Of a stretch of 64,000 bases of DNA, positions 28,370 to 38,779 are shown in pieces. Every line of letters begins with the position of its first letter. Position 1 is the first letter of the stretch. The DNA is from Usitatibacter sp. GTDB taxonomy: Bacteria > Pseudomonadota > Gammaproteobacteria > Burkholderiales > Usitatibacteraceae. The DNA is taken from NCBI GenBank assembly GCA_035656735.1, contig DASRRY010000047.1, positions 9,500-73,499 of the forward strand, given 5' to 3'. The position numbers and the translations under genes were made by a program. The notes below the pieces were generated by a model that was not told where the DNA came from, did no database searches, and saw nothing but the letters and a program-made list of their open reading frames with translations.

Positions 28370-31056
28370 GCCGCCTTCACCTCGGGCGGCTCGCCGCGCG
28401 GCAGGCGGATCACGAAGCGCGCGCCGCGCGCACGCCCGATCTCGGCGACGACGCTGCCGCGATGCGCCTCGACGATCGCGCGGCAGATCGCCAGGCCGAG
28501 CCCCACGCCGGGCGTGGCGCTTTCGGACGCGCCCCGGGCGAACTTCTCGAAGACCGCCTCTTCCTGGCCGGCCGGGATGCCCGGCCCGTCGTCCTCGACC
28601 GCGATCTCGATCTCGCCCTCGAGCGCGTGAGCCGAGATGGCGACGCGGGCGTCGGGCTGCGTGTACTTGCCCGCGTTCTCGAGCAGGTTGGCCAGCACGC
28701 GCTCCATGAGCACGGCGTCCATCTGCACGAGCGGCAGGTCGCGCGGGATGTCCACGGCGACCTGGCGCGGGCCCAGTGCCGCGCGGCTCGCCGCGAGCGC
28801 GCTGCCCACGACTTCCTCGAGCGGGTGCCACTGCAGGTCGAGCCTCACCTCGCCGCTCTGGATCCGCGCCATGTCCAGGAGGTTGTTCACGAGCGCGATG
28901 AGGCGCTTCGTCTCGTCGCCGATGGTGCGGGCAATGTCGACCTGTTCCGGCGACATCGGCGGTCGCGTGAGCGCCATGGTCTCGGACAGGCCGAGCAGGG
29001 CGGCGAGCGGCGTGCGCAGGTCGTGCGAGAGGGCGGCCAAGAGCGAGTTGCGCAGCCGTTCGCTCTCGATCTTGATGAGCGCGTCGCGTGCGACGTCGAC
29101 GTAGTGCACGCGCTCGAGCGCGATGGCGGCGAGCGCGGCGAAGGTCTCGTACTGCCGCATCTGCTCCGGGATCATCAGCTCGCGCGAGCGCTCGGGACGG
29201 ATGGCAAGGATGCCGCGGGTGCGCATGGGCGCCTTGAGCGGCAGGAAGAGCCAGTCGTTGCCCGGCAGGGTGTCGGTCCCGGCGCCCGCGGGCTGCGTGT
29301 GGTCGAACGCCCACTGGGCCGCGGCCCAGTCCATGGGGTTGCGCATGACGTCATGCGTCATGCCGGAGAGCCTGCCGTGTTCGTCCGGCAGCAGAATCGC
29401 GACCTTCGCCCGGAACGCCCGTCCCATGAAGGCTTCGCCCGTCTCCACCACCTGGTCCGGCGTGAGCAAGCCCGACAGGTCGCGTGCGAATTCGTAGAGG
29501 GTGCGCGCGCGCGACTCCCGATGGCCCGCCACCAGCGCCTGGTAGCGCATGCCCGCGGTGAGCTGGCCCACGATGAGCCCCACCGCCAGCATCACGCCGA
29601 AGGTAAGCAGGTACTGCACGTCGCTCACCGCAAGCGTGTAGCGTGGCGGCACGAAGAAGAAGTCGAATGCGAGCACGTTGATCACGGCCGCCGCGACGGC
29701 GGGCCCGCGCCCCCAGCGCATGCCGACGAGTACCACCGAGAGCATGAACACCATCACGATGTTGGCGAGCTCGAAGTAGGGCGCGAGGAGCGCGGCGACG
29801 AATGTCGCGACGGCGCACGCCGCCAGCGTGCCGACGTAGCGCAGGCGCCGCTCGCGCGCCTTGGGATCGGCCTGGAGGGTCTCGACGATCGGCCGCGCCG
29901 GCACCGGCGCGCCAGCCTCGCGCGTCCCGCGGCCGATCTCCACGACGTCGAGATCCTCGCCGCCCGCGGCGATCGCATCGCTCAGCGTGCGCCGCCAGGG
30001 GAGGCGACGGCGCGGATCGCGGCCCACGACGACGGTGCCGATGTTCTCGTCGCGCGCATGCGCCACCAGCGCCGGGGCCACGTCGTTGCCCGTCAGGACC
30101 TGCGTCTGCGCGCCGAGGTCCTGCGCGAGCTTGAGCACGCGCAGGATCCGATCACGCTCCGCCGCGGCAACACGCTGCAGGCGCGGCGTCTCCACGTATA
30201 CCGCACGCCACTCGGCATCGAGCCGCTGGGCGAGGCGCGCGGCGGCGCGCACTACCTGTTCGGCGCCGGGGCGCGGCCCCACGCAGCAGAGCAGCCGCGA
30301 CTGCGTCTTCCACACGCCCTCGATCGATTTGTCCGCGCGGTACCGGCGGACGTCACCCTCGACCACGTCGGCGGTGCGGCGAAGCGCGAGCTCGCGCAGC
30401 GCGATGAGGTTGCCCTTGCGGAAGAAGTTGGCCGCGGCGCGCTCGGCCTGCTGCGGCAGGTAGACCTTGCCTTCCTTGAGCCGCTTCAGCAGCTCCTCCG
30501 GCGGCACGTCGACCAGGATCACCTCGTCGGCCTGGTCGAAGAAACTGTCCGGCACCGTTTCCCAGACCCGAATGCCGGTGATGCCTCCCACGACGTCGTT
30601 CAGGCTATCCAGGTGCTGCACGTTGAGTGTCGTGAACACGTCGATGCCGGCGCCGAGGAGCTCGGCCACGTCCTGCCATCGCTTGGGATGGCGCGAGCCA
30701 GGCGCGTTGGTGTGCGCCAGCTCGTCCACCAGGACGAGCTGCGGCTTGCGCGCCAGCGCGCCGTCGATGTCGAAGTCCCGCAGCTCGCGTCCCTTATGGT
30801 CGAGAGCCTGCCGCGGCAACAGCTCGAGCCCTTCGAGCAGGGCCTGGGTTTCGGCGCGCCCGTGCGTCTCGACGAGCCCCACGATGACGTCGCGGCCCTC
30901 CTCGCGGGCCCGGCGCGCGGCGAGGAGCATCGCGTACGTCTTGCCCGCACCGGCGGACGGGCCGAAGAAGATGCGCAGCTTGCCGCGCGCGGCCGCCTTC
31001 GCCTCGCGCTGCACGCGCGCGAGGAGGGCCTCGGGATCGGGGCGGGGCGTGCTCAT
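28366..31056 (-). CDS. kdpD: KdpD sensor histidine kinase
   Basis: N-terminal KdpD domain with GKLRIFFGPSAGAGKTYAML, a Usp-like region, four TM helices, a GAF-like region, H-box LLAALSHDLRTPL, and ATPase motifs NLLENAGKY, DDGPGIP, GVGLGLAIC. Start placed at ATG 31056 (track ATG 31077 is possible). Confidence 0.9.
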   Translation of the reverse strand: MSTPRPDPEALLARVQREAKAAARGKLRIFFGPSAGAGKTYAMLLAARRAREEGRDVIVGLVETHGRAETQALLEGLELLPRQALDHKGRELRDFDIDGALARKPQLVLVDELAHTNAPGSRHPKRWQDVAELLGAGIDVFTTLNVQHLDSLNDVVGGITGIRVWETVPDSFFDQADEVILVDVPPEELLKRLKEGKVYLPQQAERAAANFFRKGNLIALRELALRRTADVVEGDVRRYRADKSIEGVWKTQSRLLCCVGPRPGAEQVVRAAARLAQRLDAEWRAVYVETPRLQRVAAAERDRILRVLKLAQDLGAQTQVLTGNDVAPALVAHARDENIGTVVVGRDPRRRLPWRRTLSDAIAAGGEDLDVVEIGRGTREAGAPVPARPIVETLQADPKARERRLRYVGTLAACAVATFVAALLAPYFELANIVMVFMLSVVLVGMRWGRGPAVAAAVINVLAFDFFFVPPRYTLAVSDVQYLLTFGVMLAVGLIVGQLTAGMRYQALVAGHRESRARTLYEFARDLSGLLTPDQVVETGEAFMGRAFRAKVAILLPDEHGRLSGMTHDVMRNPMDWAAAQWAFDHTQPAGAGTDTLPGNDWLFLPLKAPMRTRGILAIRPERSRELMIPEQMRQYETFAALAAIALERVHYVDVARDALIKIESERLRNSLLAALSHDLRTPLAALLGLSETMALTRPPMSPEQVDIARTIGDETKRLIALVNNLLDMARIQSGEVRLDLQWHPLEEVVGSALAASRAALGPRQVAVDIPRDLPLVQMDAVLMERVLANLLENAGKYTQPDARVAISAHALEGEIEIAVEDDGPGIPAGQEEAVFEKFARGASESATPGVGLGLAICRAIVEAHRGSVVAEIGRARGARFVIRLPRGEPPEVKAA

Positions 31057-31074
31057 GGCGGGAAAGTCTAGGCC

Positions 31075-31127
31075 CATTTACGACCCTTCTATGGGCGCCG
31101 GGCAAACATTTACGACCCGTTTATGCG
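31075..31127. promoter_or_regulatory. Two copies of a 21-bp direct repeat in the kdpD / kdpFABC divergent region (candidate KdpE operator)
   Basis: CATTTACGACCCTTCTATGGG (31075-31095) and CATTTACGACCCGTTTATGCG (31107-31127); the first 12 nt are identical. Each copy holds TTTAC-N5/6-T(T/C)TAT half-sites about one helical turn apart, as expected for OmpR-family binding. Confidence 0.4.
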
Positions 31128-31344
31128 TTCGTCCCCACACTCGAATCTTCCGAAACGGGAATCGTCGCGTGCTCCACATCCTTCTTGTCGTGTATCTCTT
31201 CAGCGCGGCCAACGGACTGCTCATCCTGGCGCTCGACCGGGTGCTCGGGTTCGAGGGTGCGAATCGCCGAAGGCTTGGGTCACGTCCATCGGGGATATCC
31301 GCCACGGTGCTCTCCTGACACAACTATCGCGGGAGTCGAACGCC

Positions 31345-31440
31345 ATGCTCATGGACTTGCTGTACCTGGCCGCCTCGGTCGCCTTTTTCGCCGTCTCCGT
31401 GGGCCTGGTGGTCGCGTGCGAGCGGCTGCGGAGGGTGTGA
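31345..31440 (+). CDS. 31-aa hydrophobic micro-ORF translationally coupled to kdpF
   Basis: GGGAG lies 8 nt upstream of the ATG. Sequence [31 protein letters not shown]. Its TGA overlaps the kdpF ATG (gtGTGATGgg). Confidence 0.4.
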   Translation: MLMDLLYLAASVAFFAVSVGLVVACERLRRV

Positions 31441-31529
31441 TGGGAATCCTCTATATCGTCGGCGGCATCTTCACCGTGCTGCTCTTCGCGTACCTGCTGG
31501 CGGCGCTGCTCATCCCGGAGAAATTCTGA
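31440..31529 (+). CDS. kdpF: KdpF, small subunit of the K+-transporting P-type ATPase
   Basis: 29 aa, [29 protein letters not shown] (the typical ...PEKF ending). The stop overlaps the kdpA ATG. Confidence 0.8.
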   Translation: MGILYIVGGIFTVLLFAYLLAALLIPEKF

Positions 31530-33337
31530 TGGGGGCCAACGGCTACCTGCAGCTCGTGGTCTACGTCGCCGTGCTGCTGGCGCTCGCGAAGCCGCTGGGC
31601 GCCTACATCGCGCGCGTCTACGAAGGCCGGCCGGCGGGCCTCAACACGTTCGGCGCGCCGCTGGAGCAGCGCTTCTACCGCCTGTGCGGCGTCGATCCCG
31701 CGCACGACATGCGCTGGACGGAGTACGCCATCGCCATGCTCGTCTTCAATCTCCTCGGCGTGCTCGCGGTATACGCGCTGCAACGGCTGCAGGCCGCGCT
31801 GCCTTTCAATCCGCAGCAGCTTGCGGCGGTGATGCCCGACTCGTCCTTCAACACCGCGGCGAGCTTCGCCACCAACACGAACTGGCAGGGCTATGGCGGC
31901 GAGTCGACGATGAGCTACCTCACGCAGGCGCTGGCGCTCACCGTGCAGAACTTTCTTTCCGCGGCGACCGGCATGGCCGTGCTCGTCGCCTTCATCCGCG
32001 GCTTCACCCGGCGCAACGCACAGGCCATCGGCAACTTCTGGGTCGATCTCACCCGCGGCACCGTCTACATCCTGCTGCCGCTGTCGTTCGTCGTGGCGCT
32101 CGTGCTCGTGAGCCAGGGTACGCCGCAGACGTTCGCGCCCTACCCGACGGCCACGCTCACCGAGAGCGTCGACTACGACAACCCCAGGCTCGACGCTTCC
32201 GGCCAGCCGGTGAAGGACGATAAGGGCAATCCGGTGACCGGGAAGGCGACGCTCAAGGCGCAGCAGATCGCGGTGGGACCGGTGGCGTCCCAGGTGGCGA
32301 TCAAGCAGCTCGGCACCAACGGCGGCGGCTTCTTCAACGTGAATTCCGCGCACCCGCTGGAGAATCCGACCCCGCTCTCCAACTTCGTGGAGGTGCTCTC
32401 GATCCTGCTGATACCCGCGGCGCTCTGCTATACGTTCGGCAGGATGGTCGGCGACACCCGGCAGGGATGGGCGGTGCTGGCCGCGATGACCCTGCTCTTC
32501 GTCGCGATGCTCGCCCTCTGCGAGTGGGCGGAATTGCGCGGCAATCCGCTGCTCACGCAGGCGGGTGCGGACCCGACCGTCTCCGACATGCAGCCGGGCG
32601 GCAACATGGAGGGCAAGGAAGTCCGCTTCGGCATCGTGAACTCGGCGCTGTGGGCCACGGCGACCGCCGCGGCCTCGAATGGCTCGGTGAACTCGATGCA
32701 CGACTCCTACACGCCGCTCGGCGGGCTCGTGCCGATGTGGCTGATCCAGTTCGAGGAGGTCATCTTCGGTGGCGTGGGATCGGGCCTCTACGGGATGCTC
32801 GTGTTCGCGATCGTCGCCGTCTTCGTGGCGGGGCTCATGATCGGGCGCACGCCGGAGTACCTCGGCAAGAAGATCGGCGCGTTCGAGATGAAGATGGCCG
32901 TCGTCACGCTCCTCGTGCCGCCGCTCGTGGCGCTGGTGGGCACTGCCATTGCCGTGATGGTCGATCCCGGCAAGGCCGGCGTCGCCAATCCCGGTGCGCA
33001 CGGCTTCTCGGAAATCCTCTACGCGTTCTCGTCGGCCGGCAACAACAACGGCAGCGCCTTCGCCGGGCTTTCGGCCAACACGCCCTTCTACAACACGGTG
33101 CTTGGCTTCGTCATGTTGCTCGCGCGCTACTGGGTCGCGATCCCGACGCTCGCGATCGCGGGATCGCTCGCGGCGAAGAAGACCGTGCCGGCCGGCCTCG
33201 GCACGCTGCCCACGCACACGCCGCTCTTCGTCGTGCTGCTCGCGAGCGTCGTGGTCGTCGTGGGCGCGCTCACCTTCGTCCCGGCGCTGGCCCTCGGACC
33301 CGTGGTCGAGGACTTGATGCTGTACGCCTCCCATTGA
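31529..33337 (+). CDS. kdpA: KdpA, K+-translocating subunit
   Basis: 602 aa. [36 protein letters not shown] and NNGSAFAG selectivity-filter-like motifs. Confidence 0.95.
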   Translation: MGANGYLQLVVYVAVLLALAKPLGAYIARVYEGRPAGLNTFGAPLEQRFYRLCGVDPAHDMRWTEYAIAMLVFNLLGVLAVYALQRLQAALPFNPQQLAAVMPDSSFNTAASFATNTNWQGYGGESTMSYLTQALALTVQNFLSAATGMAVLVAFIRGFTRRNAQAIGNFWVDLTRGTVYILLPLSFVVALVLVSQGTPQTFAPYPTATLTESVDYDNPRLDASGQPVKDDKGNPVTGKATLKAQQIAVGPVASQVAIKQLGTNGGGFFNVNSAHPLENPTPLSNFVEVLSILLIPAALCYTFGRMVGDTRQGWAVLAAMTLLFVAMLALCEWAELRGNPLLTQAGADPTVSDMQPGGNMEGKEVRFGIVNSALWATATAAASNGSVNSMHDSYTPLGGLVPMWLIQFEEVIFGGVGSGLYGMLVFAIVAVFVAGLMIGRTPEYLGKKIGAFEMKMAVVTLLVPPLVALVGTAIAVMVDPGKAGVANPGAHGFSEILYAFSSAGNNNGSAFAGLSANTPFYNTVLGFVMLLARYWVAIPTLAIAGSLAAKKTVPAGLGTLPTHTPLFVVLLASVVVVVGALTFVPALALGPVVEDLMLYASH

Positions 33338-33353
33338 GGCCGGAGATCGAGAC

Positions 33354-35453
33354 ATGAGCATTCCCGTTCCGCATCCCGTGACGCAACCGCGCAGCGCGCT
33401 TCGCACGCTCGTCACGCCGTCGATCTTCCGGCAGGCGCTGGTCGGCGCGTTCGTGAAGCTGCTGCCGCAGCATCAGTGGCGCAATCCGGTGATGTTCGTG
33501 GTGTACATCGGCAGCATCTTCACGACGATCCTGTGGGCGCAGGCCCTGGGCGGGCACGGCGAAGCGCCGCCGGGCTTCATCCTCGCCGTCGCCGTTTGGC
33601 TCTGGCTCACGGTGCTCTTCGCCAACTTCGCCGAGGCGATCGCCGAGGGGCGAAGCCGCGCGCAGGCCGACGCCCTGCGTTGCGCCAAGCGTGACGTGAT
33701 GGCGAGGCGCCTGGGCTCCGCGCAGCGCTCGGCGCCGTTCACGCTCGTTCCCTCGCCACAGCTGCGCAAGGGCGACATCTTCCTGGTCGAGGCCGGCGAG
33801 TTCATTCCGGCCGACGGCGAGGTGGTCGAGGGCGCGGCGTCCGTGGACGAGTCGGCGATCACGGGTGAGTCCGCGCCGGTGATCCGCGAGTCGGGCGGCG
33901 ACTTTTCGTCCGTCACCGGCGGTACCCGCGTGTTATCCGACTGGCTCGTGGTGCGCGTGAGCGTGAACGCGGGCGAGGCCTTCCTCGATCGCATGATCTC
34001 CATGGTGGAAAGCGCGCGGCGGCAGAAAACGCCGAACGAGATCGCGCTGGAAATCCTCCTCGTGGGCTTGACGCTCGTCTTCCTGCTCGCCACCGCCACG
34101 CTGCTGCCCTATTCGATCTACTCCGTCGAGGTCGCGAAGGGCGGCAGCGCGGTCACGATGACCGTGCTCGTGGCACTCCTCGTCTGCCTCATCCCGACCA
34201 CCATCGGCGGGCTGCTCTCCGCGATCGGCCTCGCGGGCATCGGGCGGACGCTCCGCGCGAACGTGATCGCGACGTCGGGCCGGGCCGTCGAGGCCGCCGG
34301 CGACGTCGACGTGCTCCTGCTCGACAAGACGGGCACCATCACGCTGGGCAATCGCCAAGCCGCCGATTTCCTGCCGGCGGGAGGCGTGGGCGTGCAGCAG
34401 ATCGCGGAGGCGGCGCAGCTCGCATCCCTCGCGGATGAGACGCCCGAGGGCCGCAGCATCGTCGTGCTCGCGAAGCAGAAGTTCAACATCCGCGCCCATG
34501 ACGTCGCCCGGTTGCACGCGCAGTTCGTGCCGTTCACGGCTCAGACGCGCATGAGCGGCGTCGATGTCGGCGAGCGGCGCATCCGCAAGGGCGCGGCGGA
34601 TGCGATCCGCGCATGGGTCGTGAAGCAGGGCGGATCGTTCCCGCAGGAGCTGCAGGCCATCGTCGACACGGTCGCGCGCCGCGGCAGCACGCCCCTCGTC
34701 GTGGCCGAGGGCGGTCGGGTGCTCGGTGTCGTCGAGCTCAAGGACGTCGTGAAGGGCGGCATCAAGGAGCGCTTCGCGCAGCTGCGCCGCATGGGCATCA
34801 AGACGATCATGATCACCGGCGACAACAACCTCACCGCCGCGGCGATCGCCGCCGAGGCCGGCGTCGACGACTTCCTCGCGGAGGCGACCCCGGAGGCCAA
34901 GCTCAAGTTGATCCGTGACCACCAGGCCGAAGGCCGGCTGGTCGCGATGACGGGCGACGGGACGAACGACGCGCCGGCGCTGGCGCAAGCCGACGTCGCG
35001 GTCGCGATGAACACCGGCACGCAGGCGGCGAAAGAGGCCGGCAACATGGTCGACCTCGACTCCAATCCCACGAAGCTGATCGAGATCGTCGAGATCGGCA
35101 AGCAGCTCCTCATGACGCGCGGGGCGCTCACCACCTTCTCGATCGCGAACGACATCGCCAAGTATTTCGCGATCATCCCGGCCGCCTTCGCCGTGACGTA
35201 CCCGCAGCTCGCCGCGCTCAACGTCATGCGCCTCGCGACACCCGCGAGCGCGATCCTTTCGGCCGTCATCTTCAACGCGCTCATCATCGTGGCGCTGGTG
35301 CCGCTGGCACTCAAGGGCGTGCGCTATCGCCCGCTGGGTGCCGCCGCCGTGCTTCGCCGCAACCTGTGGATCTACGGCGCTGGCGGAGTGGTCGTGCCCT
35401 TCATCGGCATCAAGGCGATCGACCTCATCCTCGTCGCCCTGGGCCTCGCCTGA
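33354..35453 (+). CDS. kdpB: KdpB, P-type ATPase catalytic subunit
   Basis: DKTGTIT phosphorylation motif, TGES, MITGDN and [17 protein letters not shown]. Confidence 0.95.
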   Translation: MSIPVPHPVTQPRSALRTLVTPSIFRQALVGAFVKLLPQHQWRNPVMFVVYIGSIFTTILWAQALGGHGEAPPGFILAVAVWLWLTVLFANFAEAIAEGRSRAQADALRCAKRDVMARRLGSAQRSAPFTLVPSPQLRKGDIFLVEAGEFIPADGEVVEGAASVDESAITGESAPVIRESGGDFSSVTGGTRVLSDWLVVRVSVNAGEAFLDRMISMVESARRQKTPNEIALEILLVGLTLVFLLATATLLPYSIYSVEVAKGGSAVTMTVLVALLVCLIPTTIGGLLSAIGLAGIGRTLRANVIATSGRAVEAAGDVDVLLLDKTGTITLGNRQAADFLPAGGVGVQQIAEAAQLASLADETPEGRSIVVLAKQKFNIRAHDVARLHAQFVPFTAQTRMSGVDVGERRIRKGAADAIRAWVVKQGGSFPQELQAIVDTVARRGSTPLVVAEGGRVLGVVELKDVVKGGIKERFAQLRRMGIKTIMITGDNNLTAAAIAAEAGVDDFLAEATPEAKLKLIRDHQAEGRLVAMTGDGTNDAPALAQADVAVAMNTGTQAAKEAGNMVDLDSNPTKLIEIVEIGKQLLMTRGALTTFSIANDIAKYFAIIPAAFAVTYPQLAALNVMRLATPASAILSAVIFNALIIVALVPLALKGVRYRPLGAAAVLRRNLWIYGAGGVVVPFIGIKAIDLILVALGLA

Positions 35454-35465
35454 ACGGAGATTTCC

Positions 35466-36038
35466 ATGCTCGCGCAACTGCGTCCCGCCATCGTGTCTCT
35501 CGCCGTGCTGACCGCCGTCACGGGGATGGTCTATCCGATCGTCGTCACGATCGTATCCAAGGCGGTCTTTCCCGGCCGGTCGCAGGGTAGCCTGATCGAG
35601 TCGAACGGCAAGGTGGTCGGCTCCCGGCTGGTCGGCCAGTCGTTCTCCGACCCGAGGCGTTTCTGGGGCCGGCCGTCGGCCACCTCACCCTATCCGTACA
35701 ACGCCGCGTCCTCGAGCGGCTCGAATCTCGGGCCGATGAATCCCGCGCTCGTCGATGCCGTGAAGGCGCGCGTCAATGCCCTGAAGGGCGCGGATCCCGG
35801 CAACACGAAACCGGTTCCGGTGGATCTCGTCACGGCCTCGGGCAGCGGCCTCGATCCGCACATCAGCGTGGCCGCCGCCGACTACCAGGTGAGTCGCGTC
35901 GCCAGGGCGCGCGGGCTCGATCCGGCGAAGGTGGCAAGCCTCGTCGCGAAACACACCGAGGGCCGGCAGTGGGGCTTCCTCGGCGAGCCGCGCGTCAACG
36001 TGCTGGAGCTCAACCTGGAGCTCGAGTCGCTGAAGTGA
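35466..36038 (+). CDS. kdpC: KdpC subunit
   Basis: 190 aa. An N-terminal TM helix, then [24 protein letters not shown] and [12 protein letters not shown]. Confidence 0.95.
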   Translation: MLAQLRPAIVSLAVLTAVTGMVYPIVVTIVSKAVFPGRSQGSLIESNGKVVGSRLVGQSFSDPRRFWGRPSATSPYPYNAASSSGSNLGPMNPALVDAVKARVNALKGADPGNTKPVPVDLVTASGSGLDPHISVAAADYQVSRVARARGLDPAKVASLVAKHTEGRQWGFLGEPRVNVLELNLELESLK

Positions 36039-36134
36039 CGGAGAAGGGGGGCATTCCTGGCGTATAAAAAAAGCGTAAAAATCGCGGCGCGCGGCATGGG
36101 AAGCCGCGGCGGGGAAGCAGTATGCTGGCGTCCC

Positions 36135-38054
36135 ATGGCCGCCGATCCCCAAGCCTTGTCGCCGGACCTGCCGGCGAATCCCCATCCCGCCTCGTACTCG
36201 ACAGCGACCCTCACTCTGCTGGCGTTGGGCATCGTATACGGCGACATCGGCACGAGCCCGCTCTACGCCGCGAAGGAAACGTTCAACCCGTCGCACGGAA
36301 TCCCGCTCGTGCGCGACAACATCCTGGGCGGCATCTCGACCATCTTCTGGTCGTTGATGATCGTGGTGTCGCTCAAGTACGTGACGCTGATCCTCAGGGC
36401 GAGCAACCGCGGCGAGGGCGGCATCATGGCGCTGCTCGCGCTCGCGACCTCGGCCGTGCGCGACAAGCCGAGGGTCGCCGCGGCGCTGATGATCGTCGGG
36501 GTGTTCGGGGCGTCGCTCTTCTACGGCGACGCGGTTCTCACGCCGGCGATTTCCGTGCTCTCGGCCGTCGAAGGCCTGGAGGTCGGCACGCCCTCGCTCA
36601 AGCCCTACGTGATGCCGATCGCGCTGGGCATCCTCGTGGCGCTCTTCCTGCTGCAGCGCCACGGCACCGGCGTCGTGGGCCTTCTCTTCGGACCCATCAC
36701 CGTGGTGTGGTTCGCGGCGATCGGCGCGGCCGGCGTGTGGAACATCGCCAAGGCGCCGGAAATCGTCGAGGCGCTGAATCCGGCCTACGGCCTGCACTTC
36801 ATCACCGCCCACGGCTTCGCGTCGTTCCTGGTGCTGGGCTCCGTGCTGCTCGCATTCACGGGCGCGGAAGCGCTCTACGCGGACATGGGCCACTTCGGCA
36901 AGCGCGCGATCCGCATCGCATGGTTCGGTCTCGTGGCGCCCTGCCTCGTGCTGAATTATTTCGGCCAGGGCGCCCTGCTCCTGGTGGATCCGAAGGCGCT
37001 CTCGAATCCGTTCTATCTCTCGTTTCCCGGCTGGGCGCTGTATCCGATGATCGTGCTGGCCACGGCCGCGACCATCATCGCCTCGCAGGCGACGATCTCG
37101 GGCGCGTACTCGATGACCCAGCAGGCCGTGCAGCTCGGGTACCTCCCGCGCCTGACGATCCGCCACACGTCGGAGCGCGCCATGGGGCAGATCTATGTGC
37201 CCTTCGTGAACTGGATCCTGCTCGTGATCGTGGCGGCTGCCGTCGTGGGCTTCGGCTCCTCCGAGCGCCTCGCCTCGGCATACGGCGTCTCGGTCATGGG
37301 CACCATGCTCGTGACGTCGCTCCTCACGTTCTTCGTGATCCGCTACCACTGGCGCTACGCCCTGTGGCTGAGCCTCGTGACCACGGGGTTCTTCCTGGTG
37401 GTGGACCTCACGTTCTTCGCCGCCGCGATGCACAAGGTCCTCGACGGCGGCTGGTTCCCGCTCGTACTGGGCTCGGCCGTCTTCACGATGATGCTCACGT
37501 GGCGGCGCGGGCGGCGCGAGCTTTCGCACCGGCTGGAGGAAGGAGCGCTTCCGCTGCCGAGCTTCCTCGAGTCGCTCATGGCGGCGCCGTTGCGGCGGGT
37601 GCCCGGCACGGCGGTGTTCCTCACCTCGGGGCGCGACACGACGCCCAATGCGCTGCTGCACAGCCTCAAGCACTACAAGGTCATGCACGAGCAGAACGTG
37701 TTCCTGCACGTGGAGTTTCGCGACGAGCCGTGGATGACGGGCGCCGGATGCGTGACGTGCGAGCCCATCGCGCCGAGTTGCTGGCGCGCGGTCGTGCGCT
37801 ATGGGTTCATGGACCGGCCCGACATCCCGCACGCGCTCGCCGCCTGCGCCGCGTACGGAGTCGACACGGATCCCATGGATGTGTCGTACTTCCTGTCGCG
37901 CGACAAGATCGTTCCGGTGGGCGGCGGCGGCGGAATGGCCCTGTGGCGCGACCGCCTGTTCGCGGCGATGGCGCGCAATGCCGGCAGCGTGACCGACTAC
38001 TTCGCGATCCCGACCAATCGCGTGGTCGAGCTGGGCTCGCGCGTGGAGATCTGA
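36135..38054 (+). CDS. kup: Kup (KUP/HAK/KT family) potassium uptake protein
   Basis: LLALGIVYGDIGTSPLY, GEGGIMAL, GAEALYADMGHFG and the C-terminal cytoplasmic domain. The start is ambiguous: ATG 36135 chosen, track ATG 36096 possible. Confidence 0.9.
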   Translation: MAADPQALSPDLPANPHPASYSTATLTLLALGIVYGDIGTSPLYAAKETFNPSHGIPLVRDNILGGISTIFWSLMIVVSLKYVTLILRASNRGEGGIMALLALATSAVRDKPRVAAALMIVGVFGASLFYGDAVLTPAISVLSAVEGLEVGTPSLKPYVMPIALGILVALFLLQRHGTGVVGLLFGPITVVWFAAIGAAGVWNIAKAPEIVEALNPAYGLHFITAHGFASFLVLGSVLLAFTGAEALYADMGHFGKRAIRIAWFGLVAPCLVLNYFGQGALLLVDPKALSNPFYLSFPGWALYPMIVLATAATIIASQATISGAYSMTQQAVQLGYLPRLTIRHTSERAMGQIYVPFVNWILLVIVAAAVVGFGSSERLASAYGVSVMGTMLVTSLLTFFVIRYHWRYALWLSLVTTGFFLVVDLTFFAAAMHKVLDGGWFPLVLGSAVFTMMLTWRRGRRELSHRLEEGALPLPSFLESLMAAPLRRVPGTAVFLTSGRDTTPNALLHSLKHYKVMHEQNVFLHVEFRDEPWMTGAGCVTCEPIAPSCWRAVVRYGFMDRPDIPHALAACAAYGVDTDPMDVSYFLSRDKIVPVGGGGGMALWRDRLFAAMARNAGSVTDYFAIPTNRVVELGSRVEI

Positions 38055-38779
38055 GTGACCGAGGCCACGATGACCGCCGCCGCGGCGGCCGCCGCGAGGT
38101 GCTTGAGCGTGTGCCCGCTCGCGAGGCCCGTCGCCGCGTAGATGGCGCGGTCGTCGAGCTCGAGCACCTTGGCCAGCACGTAGAGCGCGATGGCGACGGC
38201 GAAGCCCACGCGCTCCCGGCGCGGCGCGCCCGACTGCCACTGCCACAGCGGGATCAACACGAGCGGTGCGCCCTGCAGCAGGAGATAGGGCCTGAGGTCG
38301 CCCACGCCGCGCGCCTGCGTCCACGACCACCACGCGACGCTCCCCACCGCGACCAGGCAAAGCGCCGGAAGCAAGCCCGTGGTGCCGCGCGGCCGGTACG
38401 CCTGCACCCACGTCGCCTCGAGCAACGCCGCGCAGGCGAGGGCGATGGGCAGGCGGTCCCACACGAGCCGTGCGTTGGTGGGCGCCCAATGGTAATAGGC
38501 GGAGCCCAACGCGGTGAGCGCGAGCGCGCCCACGAAGAGCACATAACCCGGCAGCGCGGCGCCGAGCCGCTCGCGTACCCCGCGCCGTCGCAGGCGCCAT
38601 GCGCCCCAGGCCGCGACCAGCGCGAAGGCCGCGTTCGAGAGCACGTCCGCCGCGTGCGGAATGCCGAGCCACGGGCGCGCATCGGCGAAGTCATGGTAGT
38701 GCGGCGGCTGCGCGATCGGGCCGTGCCAGGCCAGGGCGATGACGGCGACGGCCAGGACGGCGGCGGGAAGCAGGCGCAT
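37997..38779 (-). CDS. Alkaline-ceramidase-like multi-pass membrane protein
   Basis: HYHDFADARPWLGIPHAADVLSN, YYHWAPTNARLVWDRLP and GHTLKHL are His/Asp-containing TM motifs resembling the ceramidase/CREST family. The start is uncertain (ATGs at 38779, 38788, 38797, 38821). The 3' end overlaps the kup 3' end by 58 nt. Confidence 0.6.
   Translation of the reverse strand: MRLLPAAVLAVAVIALAWHGPIAQPPHYHDFADARPWLGIPHAADVLSNAAFALVAAWGAWRLRRRGVRERLGAALPGYVLFVGALALTALGSAYYHWAPTNARLVWDRLPIALACAALLEATWVQAYRPRGTTGLLPALCLVAVGSVAWWSWTQARGVGDLRPYLLLQGAPLVLIPLWQWQSGAPRRERVGFAVAIALYVLAKVLELDDRAIYAATGLASGHTLKHLAAAAAAAVIVASVTQISTREPSSTTRLVGIAK

Noticed and set aside
28462-31071. 869-aa plus-strand ORF antisense to kdpD, and 27683..29314 as a 543-aa ORF
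   Set aside because: The first is a shadow of kdpD. The second is kdpE (27683-28369) extended upstream through the kdpD coding region in another frame.
31057-31077. Upstream ATG (31077) as the kdpD start
   Set aside because: It would add MGLDFPA before the conserved MSTPRPDPEALL, and the ATG lies inside the first copy of the 21-bp repeat. I kept 31056 but cannot exclude 31077.
35685-38672. 995-aa minus-strand ORF spanning kdpC, kup and the ceramidase-like gene
   Set aside because: It crosses three independently supported genes, has Arg/Gly/His-rich low-complexity composition, and shows no motif. It is a shadow frame.
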